Part shown: positions 38,451-50,319 of the stretch, in pieces
Layout of the letters: each line of letters opens with the position of its first letter
How positions within the stretch are numbered: the stretch's first letter is position 1
Origin: Thalia democratica
Lineage: Eukaryota
Assembly (NCBI GenBank): GCA_965202585.1
Contig: OZ241826.1
Coordinates: 74,090,001-74,154,000 of the forward strand
DNA: 64,000 bases
Direction: 5' to 3'
The notes under the pieces: generated by a model
What the model saw: the letters and a program-made list of their open reading frames with translations, nothing else
What the model was told of the DNA's origin: nothing
The model's database searches: none
Position numbers and translations under genes: made by a program

Positions 38451-39473
38451 TTATAAAACTAAATGTTCTGAAATAGATGAACGTTTAGATGCGTTTAAAA
38501 CCTTAACCGGTATATCATCTTTCTTATCTGACAGGAAAAAATTCTCTACACATTTTGGTATGTGTTCTTTTATTCTCTTCCTTAGATGTCTAGTTGTTAA
38601 TCCAATATAACTTGCTTTACAACAGCAACTATACTGGTAGATTACCATACTTTTATATTATTTTGATACTGGATCCTTACCACCTGGTGTTATTAGTGGT
38701 TTAGAGGTAAAAACAATTCTAGGGTTCGCTGCATAATAAGTATTTCTTACTAGTTGTCTAATTTTCTTTTCTAACATCTCTGAGCTTTTATTAATAAATG
38801 GAACTTTTAAAGTAACTACACATTTTTTCGGTCCTATTGTCTTTATTCTATCCAAATTTTTCACATGTAAATGAATTGTTTTGTTAACTAGCTCTTGTGG
38901 GAAACCGTTTTTGTTTAATAGTGTTTTGACTTGTTTGATTTTACTTAGTAGCAACTCTGGGGAACAAATTTTGTGTGCCTGATGACACAAAGTTCTTATT
39001 AAATTTACTTTTCTTTGTAAACTGCAGTTTGATTGAATATTTAAATAACATCCTGTAAAAGTTTTCTTTCTGTACACAGAAGTTAAAAATATTTTTTCTT
39101 TTCGTTTAATTTGTACGTCTAAAAATGCAAGTTCACCATTGTTTTCCTTTTCTATTGTGAAGTTTATAGAATCATGAGCATTATTCAAAATATTAAAGAA
39201 TTTATCCTTAGTTTTCTCGCTTTTAAGTAAAACATAACAATCATCCACATACCTTAGATATGATAAATTATTTTTGGACGCAGGAACAACTTTTAATTCA
39301 ATATAACCCATAAAAATATTTGCTAATGTTGGTCCAAAGGGGGATCCCATGGCTATCCCGTCTTGTTGTGAATAAATTAAGGAATTAAAATTAAACTTGA
39401 CGCCAGAAGTTTCGAGTTTCAAAAGTTTTTTAAAATTCATTCTGCTAATTGTAGGTTTACTTAACTTAAACAA
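38451..39473 (-). pseudogene. PLE reverse transcriptase plus GIY-YIG endonuclease, interrupted by in-frame stops
   Basis: QQDGIAMGSP.GPTLANIFM, YLRYVDD, FLDVQI and SVYRKKT are RT motifs. An in-frame TAA at 38658 is followed by MVIYQYSC..YIGLTTR.L..RIKEH (GIY-YIG). Confidence 0.88.
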
Positions 39474-39835
39474 TGTATTAACAAAAATTTCAATAACCTA
39501 AACAATTATAATATAGATAGATTTAAAATAGTTAAAATTTGTAGTAATGTTTTTGATTTGATTAAATTAGAAGCCATTTGTATTTTGTTAAGGAGACCTT
39601 TTTTATGTAAGCAAAAAGATTTTGGCTATACTGTTTCTTTATTTTCGTAACATTTTATAAGAATTGTTTTTATTTTATTTATGTTTAGTTTTACTGTAGA
39701 TCAATTATAACGAAAATGGACTTATTTGGTTTTAACTTTTACTAATTGCATTTGTCTTTTATTAATCTCTTGATTACTTTATGATTTATTGGTTATTATA
39801 TAATTGTGTAAAATCTTATTATTTGTTAGCTTTGT

Positions 39836-39873
39836 ACTCTACTGAAGAGAATTGCTCGAAATATATTTAGTGT
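39836..39873 (+). ncRNA. Second hammerhead motif (inverted pseudo-LTR copy)
   Basis: ACTCTA-CTGAAGA-GAATTGCTC-GAAA-TATA-TT-TAGTGT. Stem I pairs 5 of 6, and the cleavage-site C is replaced by T. Confidence 0.55.
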
Positions 39874-40806
39874 TTTTGAAAGTGTGTGTCTTGTAACTTA
39901 TTGTAAAATAGGCAATGAAAAATTTATCTTCCATACGTTTGTATTGAAACTTTTTACACAACTTATACAAAAATTAATTTATTATTTTTTCTTCTGTGAA
40001 AAGTTTCTTATAGTGTACAATTATAGCTTTCATAGAAGGTCTAATGTCAATTTTTGTTTAAAAAAAATGTTGAACTCCCCTATGGCCTTAATAATATAGG
40101 TATACTTTAAAAGTAAAAATGAGACAAGTTAAACACAGATTTTTATTACTTTTGATTTTTATAGTATTTAAATGTTTAGTAGATGTTAAAAATAAAAGTT
40201 TTGGTAATCAAAAAGACTGTTTTATACTTGAAATATTGTAAGAAAATCTAAAATTTAAGTTCTTTAGATTGTTTTCAAATAATACGTCGGCTAAAACTGT
40301 GCTAGAAACTTAACTTGTTTGATTTTTTTTCCTAAATTCCATATGTATCCACAAACTTTGCGGTTATTATCATGGTCTTTAAAACTTACTACAGTAACTG
40401 CAAAACATGTTTTTTTTTTATTGAAAAAGTTTTACTAGTTAATCAAAGCTTTTAAATATACTTTTAAATAATGTAAAAACAACTAAAATAATTTTACGAG
40501 AAAAAATGTTTTAAAGATGATAGTATTGTTATTGATTATAATTTGTTCTTAGCAAAAACCCTTTAAATCGCGTCGCGCCAACTGACATAATTTCTGTTGT
40601 AAGCAAATTAAAAAAATTAGTTTAAAGCTCTCAATGCGCTAAAATCTTTGAATTTTTGAAACAATGTATTTTTAAATCCAAAATAGTGTTTTTCTTATTT
40701 CCATTTGTGGAATCATTGTGTAGTGTGTACTAGTTTTTCTTTTAAGTTTTTATACCTGTTTTAAATAGTACAAATTTTTCAATCAAAGTAGTTTTTTTTA
40801 AATAAG

Positions 40807-41137
40807 CAGGGTCGCCACTTTATCTGGAATTTGAGAACTTTTGAACAAAATCACTAAAAAAAACCTGGAATTTTTAACATGTAAAGTAGTAAAATTTCGA
40901 TTTGACACAAAAAATCTATCATGTAGATTAGAAAATTTTGTCATCATCAAAATTTTTTTCATTAGAAAACACATTTAAAGTAGCTTAATATTATCTTTTC
41001 AATGTTTTTAAAGTATTTAACACAGTTTCTTACCTTAAATTTGAACTAAAAATAGACCCAAAGATGTGTACTTTTAAAAACCTGGAGGAAATCTGGAAAA
41101 CCGGAAAAAAAATTCGAAAAAACGAGTGGCAATCCTG
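40807..41137. mobile_element. CAGGGTTGCCA-family MITE
   Basis: Ends CAGGGTCGCCAC and GTGGCAATCCTG, collinear with 4546-4988. Confidence 0.75.
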
Positions 41138-44100
41138 GTTAAGACCTATTTGTAATAAAAACTAAAAAGCATTTGGAAAAAATCAAAAGTGTTATTATGA
41201 GAAGTAAAACGTTTATTTTAATTTATACTGTTTTTCAGCTCAATACCTAAATTTTTATCTAGAGGAGCACTTTCTAAGTTTCTTAAAAGCTGTGTACGGC
41301 ATATTACTAAGAATGAATTTCTGTCGATATCAGATTATAGTTTTTTATATAAGTAACGGTTTAATTGTGTTTATAATTGTAAAATGTGTGAAAACTGACA
41401 AAGTAGGTTTGTTTTAAAAGTAATTATTTAAATATACGTATAAATGATCATTTAAAAATACTTGCTATGTAAAATAAATTAAGCGTACATTTTGAAAAAA
41501 AAAACACACCTATCTAAAATATACTTGTTTAATTTATTTTTGTCTCAACTATTCAAATGTAAACAGCTTTTTTTCAAACATTAAGCTTTTATGAAAAAGT
41601 TGTTTCTATTATATACTTCTTATGTTTGTTAAACGATAAAAAAACGATTAAAATATTTAGTCCTTGGACCTGGTGCACGAAGAACCTTTCGATTATCGAG
41701 TTGCACACCACGGGTAGCTTTAAATGTCATGTACAGGACTTGAATTAAATATATTTGTACTTAAATCAACAGATTTACAAAGTTTTTTTTTTAAGTATCT
41801 TAGCTATCTGATTTGTTTTTTTCATCTAAAAACTATTTCTGAATTATTATTTTTTTAATATTATTTCCGAAAAAACACGTTTTTAATAATTTTTACAAGT
41901 TTATTTAATTAACTGTGATTGGATTTCCTTAATTTGCTTGAAGTTATTATAACTTATTACCTAGAAAAAGCTCCACTAGATGGTATGGATTCTTTTACTT
42001 GCATCATTTAGAACCATATTGTTAAAAAACAAATTTAACGGCGAATTCATTAGAACTGGCAGCTGTATTTGTGGTAAAACTCTTAATTTTGTTTCTTAAA
42101 GTCTTTTAATTTTGGATATGTCGTATTAATCAATCTAACAGCGGAATTTCACTCTGTTGAACACTAAAACAAAAAAGTTTAATTTTATTAAGAAAAAAAA
42201 CATTCGCTCTGTTAATAAATGTAACAATGTCATTATTTTATAGTATAACATGTTTATGTAGGTTTTATGTAATCATTAACCTTTAACAAATATAAATATA
42301 CTAAAAAAGTAAAAATGTTTCAAGATGTTTTCAATTTATAACTAATATCTGTAAAATAAGGCATTGTGTTACATTATCGGTCTAATCATATTTTATTATG
42401 TTTTTATAGTTCTGTTAAATTTTGATAATTTTTTGTTAAAATGACTAAAGTAAACTGACATACTTAGCGTTTAATTTGATTTAACAATTTTAAAGTTAGT
42501 TGTTTTGAATGTGTGACTGACTACAGATAGTTAATTATTAACTAAACGTGCTTCATGTTAAAATTTTATTTTTGTTTTTTCAGAAATTTCAATTAGGTTT
42601 TTTTATGGCTAAGTGTTAAAATATTTTTCACAAAGTTTTATAGGTTTAGTTTTCAAATAAATTTAAGATGCTAATAGTATAAATTTAATTTATTTAAACG
42701 ACAGTACTACATCGATTACTTTCAAAATAAAAAGATCAAATATTAACTTGTTAGTATGCATGACAATATTAAAAAATATATATTAAAAATAATTAAGATT
42801 TATTACAAAAAAGTGTTGGAATTTAGTAGACGGCTTAGTTTTTAAATCAACTTGAAATTACATTATATAGAAAGTATGATTTGAATAAAGAAAATTTCAG
42901 TATTAAACTAAAATATGATAATGAATTTTTAGTGTTTTTTTTTATCTTTAATGGTCTGTTTGCTCATAAGTAAGATTAACCTTTAATTTTTTTCGTTGTC
43001 TGTATAAATTCTTTACTGGCTTAAAATTACTATGTTGATAAGAATAAGTTTAAGCTGTGATAAGGTTTCATCAGACCATAAGCCTTCGATAGAAAATCTT
43101 AAAATAACTTTAACTTGACTTTCGGAATATGAAAGACTCGTTAGACTTTTACCGATGTTTTCTTTGAGAATAACCTTAAAGTAAAGTTTTATCACTCAGT
43201 CTTACCATTGATTTAACAGCATTATTATTTTTAAAAGTTTGTAAACAATATTTTTATGTGAACTTTTAGAATTGATAATGAAAATTGTAAATAAGAGTAG
43301 AAAAACAAAGTTATTAAAAGCTTGAAATTTTTTTAGTTCAAAAAAACAGCTGTAATAAAAAGCATACAGCCTTGAATAATAAGTTGCGATCTATTACATA
43401 CTAGTTGTGCATAATAAAAACTTGTGATATGATTTCATCAAAAGAATCTGAATTTTTGTAAATTTGATACACCTTAAGAAAAGTTATTCAACTTTGAACT
43501 TTATCAAATATTTATAATAATTTTTGCAATGTTTATTTGTATTTCGCAAAAGTAAACTTTGACTTACCTCTACAGTTTTATTTTCTCCTTAAACTATTTG
43601 TGTTGCAAGAGTTTATGATTAACAAAAGCAAATATTACACTTATGTTTAAAATGAAGCTTGTTTTGAATTAAAGTCAGTCGTATAAATTACAATCACCCA
43701 GCCTAAACTAGTTAGTATTGTTTACTAATAATTTTTTATTTATTTCAATACTTTTATGTAATACAAGGCGTAAATAGTGATATGCTAAATAATTGCTAGA
43801 CGTTTTATATAAACTCAAAGACTATGCTTGCTAGACAATTCACCTCAAATTAAAAATAAACATTAAATTTTTATACAAAATTACAGAAATATAAACCTAA
43901 ATAGCAAATATTATATTTTGTACTAAGTTTCAAACTAAACAACAAAACTCTCATCACATAGTAGTTTTTATGAGTAGTTATGATATATTTTTGTTTTAAA
44001 TTAATTGTTTTACTAAATTAAGTAACTTTATATTACTACAATCTTTTTTTTTTGATGCACTTGATTTAAAGAATTATAACTATTTCTAATGATAAACAAA

Positions 44101-45834
44101 TATATTTGTAATTATTAATAAAAATAAGTAAGTTTTTTGAATATAACTAAACAGGATATACTTTGTTTGCTTAAATACCTGTCAACAAAAGCTTTTAAAC
44201 TTAAAACACGCCTTTCATTTTCTCATTGAAATTTTATTTGTATTTTTTCTGTTTATTGTAGTTCTGATTTTTTTCAATGTTTTTATTAGTTTAGTTTCGT
44301 AATTTATGTAAAGTATTAAAGACGTTTAAAGTTTATAATTTGCTTTAAAACTATGTGTTTAAATTTTTCACTGTATTTTGTCAAATAATTTTATACATTA
44401 AACTTTTCGCTTTTGTAAAAGCTGAACAAAAGTAATAAAAACTAAGAATTCAATAAATATTTTTGATAATTTAAAAGTATTCGAATAAAGAAGTTAGTTA
44501 AGATAAATTAATGACAGCTGAAAAAAAAAATTTAAAATATAAATACGTTTTTTTTTTCAGAAAAAAAATCTATTGAAAGTTAGTCAAGCATACAGTAGTT
44601 TCAATGAAGGAAATAATTTATATTACTTTTTTTTTGTTGTGCTCTAGTATTTCTAATTATTTTGTTTTTTAGTATATAAACGAATAAGATAAACTTTATA
44701 CTTTATATATTTTAAATTTGTAAGTGAATATTGAACTAAAAAGTTTGTATAGTTTAGCACTGTTAAAATAAATAAATCATTATGTTTAAAACTTTTTTTG
44801 ATTAAACTTATTTGTGCACAAAACTCAGGTTTAACAATCTGTAGAAATTTTTGTTTGTAGAACAGATCACTTAGTTACTATATAAAAAAAAAGTTAATAA
44901 TTGAATATCTTACCGAACAAATTCATATTTCGTTCCTTAATATTTGTTTTATATATAGTATTATAACTGTTTTATTGAGATTGTAAGCCAGAGCAAGTTT
45001 TATAAAATATATCTTATTAAAATATTATTATGTATAACTATTCAATCTAGGATTTTATCATTATACTACAATGTTTTATCCATTACTGATTTGTCATATA
45101 TTTATAAATGTGAAAATAAAGTTTGTTAACATAAACGATGTAATATTAACGTATCATACAGGTAAACAACAAACAGCTACTACATAAAAGTAAATAACAC
45201 ATAATCAATATGCTAAAGCATTAAATAAACATTGTACTGTACAGTTATAATACTAAAACTTATGTTTTAATATAACTTAAAAATTATAGGACTAATGTAG
45301 ACATAAAGTTTTTTATTTTTTTATTTTTACTAATAAGACTACTAAAAAATAATAACATTGTTGTTAATAAAAGATAAATACTAAAACTGTTCTTTTTTAA
45401 AAATAATTTAGAAATCTGAAGTATAAAAACATTCAATATTTTAAAAGCACAAATAAAAATATACATACACCAAAAATTGCCTTTTTCAAACAGTAAGGCA
45501 AGACGAAGATTTATATGGATTTAAAATTAAAGATGCAAATCACGTTGTTAAAAAGCAAGTATTTTGGTTATTACCAAGTTAAAGAAAAACTTTTATTCTG
45601 AATAATTATCTATTTTGTTAATGCTATATTTATTTTTTTAAATTTTAGTTCCTGCATAATTTTTTTGTATTTCTTTTGTCTACTGAGTTATATTTGCCAT
45701 TTGTTTTGTTCTATAATCTCTAAATGTATTTAGATAACTTAGTTCCGTTACACTTCTTATTTTATTATTGTTCATGTGGTCTTTGTATTTAAAGTACATT
45801 GATCATTTTTACTTAAAATATGTCATTTTTAGTA

Positions 45835-46196
45835 GGGTAGGTGTCTAAATTGCACAAAGACAAAATTGCACGAAGACAATTTTGCACGAACAGACAATTT
45901 TGCGCTGAGACATTTTTGCGTGGGTTAATTTTTTTATTAATTTTGTTTTTTTTGTTTATTTTTTAACTATCACACCCCTAACCCTTAGTTATCTTTTTCT
46001 TGTTTACTCTTACTGTTACCTCTAACCCTTACCCTAGGTCAGTAACTTTTTCTTTTTTTTTATAGATTTATCCTTTAGTTTTATTTTCTTCTTTTTTCTA
46101 TACTCTTGTGCGAAAATGACCCTCTGTGCAAAATTGTCTTCGTGCAATTTTGTCTCCTCTTGCAATTTTGTCTTCGTGAACTTTTGAACCGTTCCG
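45835..46196. mobile_element. MULE-type TGCACGA MITE
   Basis: Ends GGGTAGGTGTC and GAACCGTTCC, with TGCACGA/TCGTGCA arrays and CCCTAACCCT motifs. The TSD is not clean. Confidence 0.7.
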
Positions 46197-46284
46197 TTTT
46201 ATTATAATTTGCTAACAGTATTTAAATTATTTTTGACATAGCTTTTTTTCATAGTGAGTAAATTAAGTAATTGAGTACCAACAA

Positions 46285-47475
46285 ATGGAACGCAACGCTT
46301 GGAAAGTAGCCAGAACAACGCTTAAACGTTCCCTGGAAGCCCAATTTCCAAACAGTGACAGCTTAAGTCTTAAAAGGTCTCTGACCTCCACCATAAACAC
46401 CAATTTGGTCTCGCTGACTAACGCTTGCGTCAAAGCCGATGACGTCAGGAGCGTAAACGTCAACATCGGTTTGCTAAAGAGCTCCTTCATCGATTTGGGA
46501 AATCTGAGAAACAAGCATGTCAACATCACGTCAATGGAAAACTGCGAGCTCAAGTTCGGGGAAATTCGCAACTGCCACGTCACCATTGAAGGCGTCTCAC
46601 GCAGCACTCTTGTTTTCGGGGAATCACGGAACAGCCACTTCAACTTCGGAACCATGTGCTGCGGCGACTTGCAGTTTGGAGAAATGAGAAACTGCCACCT
46701 CAACGTGCAACGGATAAGCGATTATGACGTCGCGTTCGAAGACGTCCGTAACTCACACATCAATGTAAACAGCGCCAGTGACGTAACTACCACGTATAAC
46801 GGGGATTCCCGAAACAGCCACTGGAACGTTCCGAGCTCCTTCGAACGACCACTGTCCAGACCTTCGTCGAGTTCCGGGGGCTTTAGTTTTGGAAACGTGA
46901 TGGTCGGGGGCAACGTCAACGTAAGAAACGTCGTGATAGGTGGGGTAGGCCAAGACGAGGTCACGATAAACGGCAGAATCGTTTCGTCCACTCAAAACGT
47001 TTTCAGATCTGGTAGCAGCCGCGGCACGGTTATTATCGGCGGCAGCGTCATAGTCGGGGGTAATACCCGCTCCATAAGCTTGAGGAACAATGGGAGCAGC
47101 GGAACTGTCACTATAAACGGACGGACGGTTGATTCGAATGGCGGCAACTTGGTGATAAACAACGGCAACGTGCGATCCGTCTCTTCCGATGACTCTTGGT
47201 CTGACAGCTCCGACATATCTTTCGATAATTTTGACGAACTGATCAACGACAGGCCGGCGAGAGGCTTGACGAGCGACCGGATCGGCCGGTTCGAGCAGTT
47301 CACCGCCGACGCGTCCGCGGACGGGCAGCAGTGCGACATCTGCTTCGACGACCTGGTCGCTCACGAAACCGCGATGGTCAGGCTGGACTGCAGTCACGTG
47401 ATGTGCCGGAAGTGCGCGGGTAAATGGTTCGGTGAGCACGCCACTTGCCCCACCTGCCGACACGCGTTTGTGTGA
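46285..47475 (+). CDS. RING-finger (C3HC4) E3 ligase with N-terminal 20-residue beta-solenoid repeats and a Gly/Val/Asn-rich middle (396 aa)
   Basis: C-terminal C-x2-C-x15-C-x-H-x2-C-x2-C-x10-C-x2-C, including the conserved W (GKWF) and CPTCR. RN(K/C/S)H recurs every 20 residues in the N-terminal half. Confidence 0.85.
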   Translation: MERNAWKVARTTLKRSLEAQFPNSDSLSLKRSLTSTINTNLVSLTNACVKADDVRSVNVNIGLLKSSFIDLGNLRNKHVNITSMENCELKFGEIRNCHVTIEGVSRSTLVFGESRNSHFNFGTMCCGDLQFGEMRNCHLNVQRISDYDVAFEDVRNSHINVNSASDVTTTYNGDSRNSHWNVPSSFERPLSRPSSSSGGFSFGNVMVGGNVNVRNVVIGGVGQDEVTINGRIVSSTQNVFRSGSSRGTVIIGGSVIVGGNTRSISLRNNGSSGTVTINGRTVDSNGGNLVINNGNVRSVSSDDSWSDSSDISFDNFDELINDRPARGLTSDRIGRFEQFTADASADGQQCDICFDDLVAHETAMVRLDCSHVMCRKCAGKWFGEHATCPTCRHAFV

Positions 47476-50319
47476 GTTTTTGAATCAGGTGAAAAATCGC
47501 TTGTTTGGTAAGTTTTATTCTCTTCTTTTAAATTTAAGCTTTTTCATTATTAACAACATTATGTACTAGAGTTTTTAAAATGTTTTTATTTCCAATTTTT
47601 AATTTATTTATTTTAGTTCTTGCAGGAGTTTCTTTGTCCATTCTTAGAGCTTGCTTAACTGTCGGTTTGTTTGAAAATATTTTTAAGCGAAAATAAATTG
47701 TTCACTTTAGAAATTTATTAAAGTTTGATTCAGTATTACAAAAATTTTTCCAACGTTGTAACATTAAAAATTTTTAATAGTTTTTGTTGTGATCTTTGTT
47801 TGATTTAAGTTTTATAAGTTTGGTTTGACTTGATAACTTTTAGTTCTTTTATTCTAAGTTTGAAGTTTTTGGTGTTTGTCAATAGAAAATTTCTAAAAGT
47901 TTTAGATTAATCTTTCTAAAATTATAAAATGTTTTAATCATTTTAGTAAATGACACTTAAGTGTCGTTGAAATTCCTGGCAGTTTCAAACTAAAAAGCCT
48001 GTGTTTTAGGAGGTTTGATCATTTCCTTGTTTTCTTACAATTCTTTATTGATCTGGTCATAACCTAAAACTTAATAACTAAGAAAATATGTTTTTGTAGA
48101 CAAAATTAAAGTTGTTTTTACAGTATGTAATTTTTTTTTAAATAAATTCTTCAAAGTATTTTTACGAAACTTTATATAGAAGAAAGTAACAAAAAAACTC
48201 AATTTAATTGCAAATTTATTTGCTGTTATAACAATATTAACAAAATTATATTCAATTAGCGTTTTTAAAAAGTGATTCATAGTATTTTTATATAGATACT
48301 TTTTAATATTAAACTGCTTACATAAAAAAAATTATTGTTTTCATTCTTTTTCTGTACTGGTTTTTAGCAAAACTTTTGAAGTTTCATTGTCTGATATTTT
48401 TTATCAATTATCGCTTTATTTTGATAGTTTGAAGTCTTGTTCTATCATGGTTTTCTAACTCCTTTATTCTTCCATTATATTTAAAGATTGTGAGTTTATA
48501 CACAAAGGAAACTTTTATTTCGTTTAGTCTCATATTTTTAAAAAAATAACTTTTATTAAAGTAATTAGATTTTAAGATTATGATTGATATAATTATTTTA
48601 AAAACTCAATATTAATCATATCTATATACCTTATTAAGTTAAGACCAGTTATTATATTCTTTTTTAATTTTTAAATTGCAAAAAAAAATATAAAAAATAT
48701 GAAATATGTCGTAAATTTTAAATATAAAAACACTAACATGTTTATTGAAAGTGGGTTTAATCGAACAAAAATGAACATTTTTCTACAACAAGTTAAATGT
48801 ATAAGTTAAAAATTTTTAGATATAAAGAATGTAAAATATTTATTTATAAGTATTGGTCTATTTATTTGTTTTAAGGATTTAGAAACATTTTACGCAATAA
48901 ATTAAAAAACGTTTTAAAAGAAAAGCTCCCAAAAACTAAAAACTGCTTTTACTTTTAGTTGTTACGTAACAAGTTAAACAAACAGAAACTGTCTGTTGAA
49001 AAAATTAAATTCCATTTATGCGTAATTTAAACATAAAACCTTGAATAACTGAAAGTTTTTATGTTTATGATATGTACATGTTATCAAATCTTTTGAAAAC
49101 AAATACTTAATGTTTAAAAATTTTATAAATATCAAATAACAACTTCTTAATTCAAATAAATGCAAGCAATTAAAAAATTTTTGTTTTGATTCTTAGCTTA
49201 AATTAAATCGTCTAAAAAGAAAAAGATTTGAAATTGTATATTTTTAATAAGAGTAAGTTTTTACAGTATAAAACTAACTATAAGTCGTTTGTAAGTTAAT
49301 GGTAAATATTATACATTTTTTACGATGTATATAACGCTAAATGTTACATATTTAGTAAGCATCTTATAAATTTTTGAATCTATATTTTTTATTAATTACT
49401 ACAAAATAAAAGTGTTATAACGTTACAAAAAATACTTGTAATCATAGACTGAACTAGTGAAAATTGAAAAAACTATTATTCAATAAAAACATAAAGCTGC
49501 AAGCGTTTTTGATATTAAGTGAGATAAATCACAATATTGAAAATAAATTAATAACTGAAAAATTATTAACTAAAACAATCATTACATCTAAGACAAACGT
49601 TTTAGAAAAAATTAAAGAAATATTTACTGAGCTAGATTTTTAGTTTTATTGTTACTAGCTTTTAAACTAATTAGTGATTTTGCTCTACGTATAGTTCTTT
49701 TCGAGTTAATTTTTTAACAAGTTGTCCAGCAGACAAAAATTTATAAGTTAAATTTTTAAATAGTATAGCTGCAATACATAATTTAACTTTTGTTTTACTA
49801 TATCAATGACTTAGAATAAATTAAAAAAGGTTTCTAAATTCAAGAAATATTTAGAATCCCAACAAAGTAAGAAAAACTTTTTATTTTGTTACGTTTTTAC
49901 CTAGAGTTCGTTTATAAGATTTTTTGGCTAGAAATATTGATGAAAACTTATTTAAAACACTAATAAAAAGTTTTTTTAAAAGCCTAACTTAAAATTATTT
50001 ATTATAAATGATTAAATATCATAACAGGAAGTCTTCATATACTTTTGCTTCTTTACCCACACTGTTTTTAAGTACATTAAAGCTTAGATTAAAGTATACA
50101 GTTTTTTTTCACTGATTGAAATGAACTTCTTATTTTTTGGATTTTTACTTTCATTTGTAGCTGTTAATCAGTCAAAATTAGGTGAAATTGTTTAATTTAT
50201 ATAAACTTAAATACTAATTTTTAAAGTATTGCTTTAGAACTTTTTTTGTATTGGAATCTTTCACTTTTTAAATTTATATAAAAAAATTGTAATCTGTTTC
50301 AATAAAATCTATTTTACAG

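Larger units (their letters stand above)
38035..39905 (-). mobile_element. Penelope/Poseidon-type PLE, 5'-truncated, with inverted pseudo-LTR
   Basis: RT and GIY-YIG on the minus strand. About 38045-38450 and about 39485-39900 are inverted copies of about 410 bp containing the GIY-YIG C-terminus, 3' UTR and hammerhead motif. Confidence 0.85.
37565..40087. mobile_element. Kolobok-like MITE split by a PLE insertion
   Basis: 37565 to about 37960 and about 39905-40087 are the reverse complement of the two halves of 27803-28386. TTAA at 37561-37564 and 40088-40091. Confidence 0.6.

Noticed and set aside
48330-48495. Possible signal-peptide or phase-1 exon ending AAAGATT|gtgagt upstream of the 50-52 kb gene
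   Set aside because: The frame contains TAA at 48456 and has no suitable ATG or acceptor, and hydrophobic runs arise by chance in T-rich DNA.
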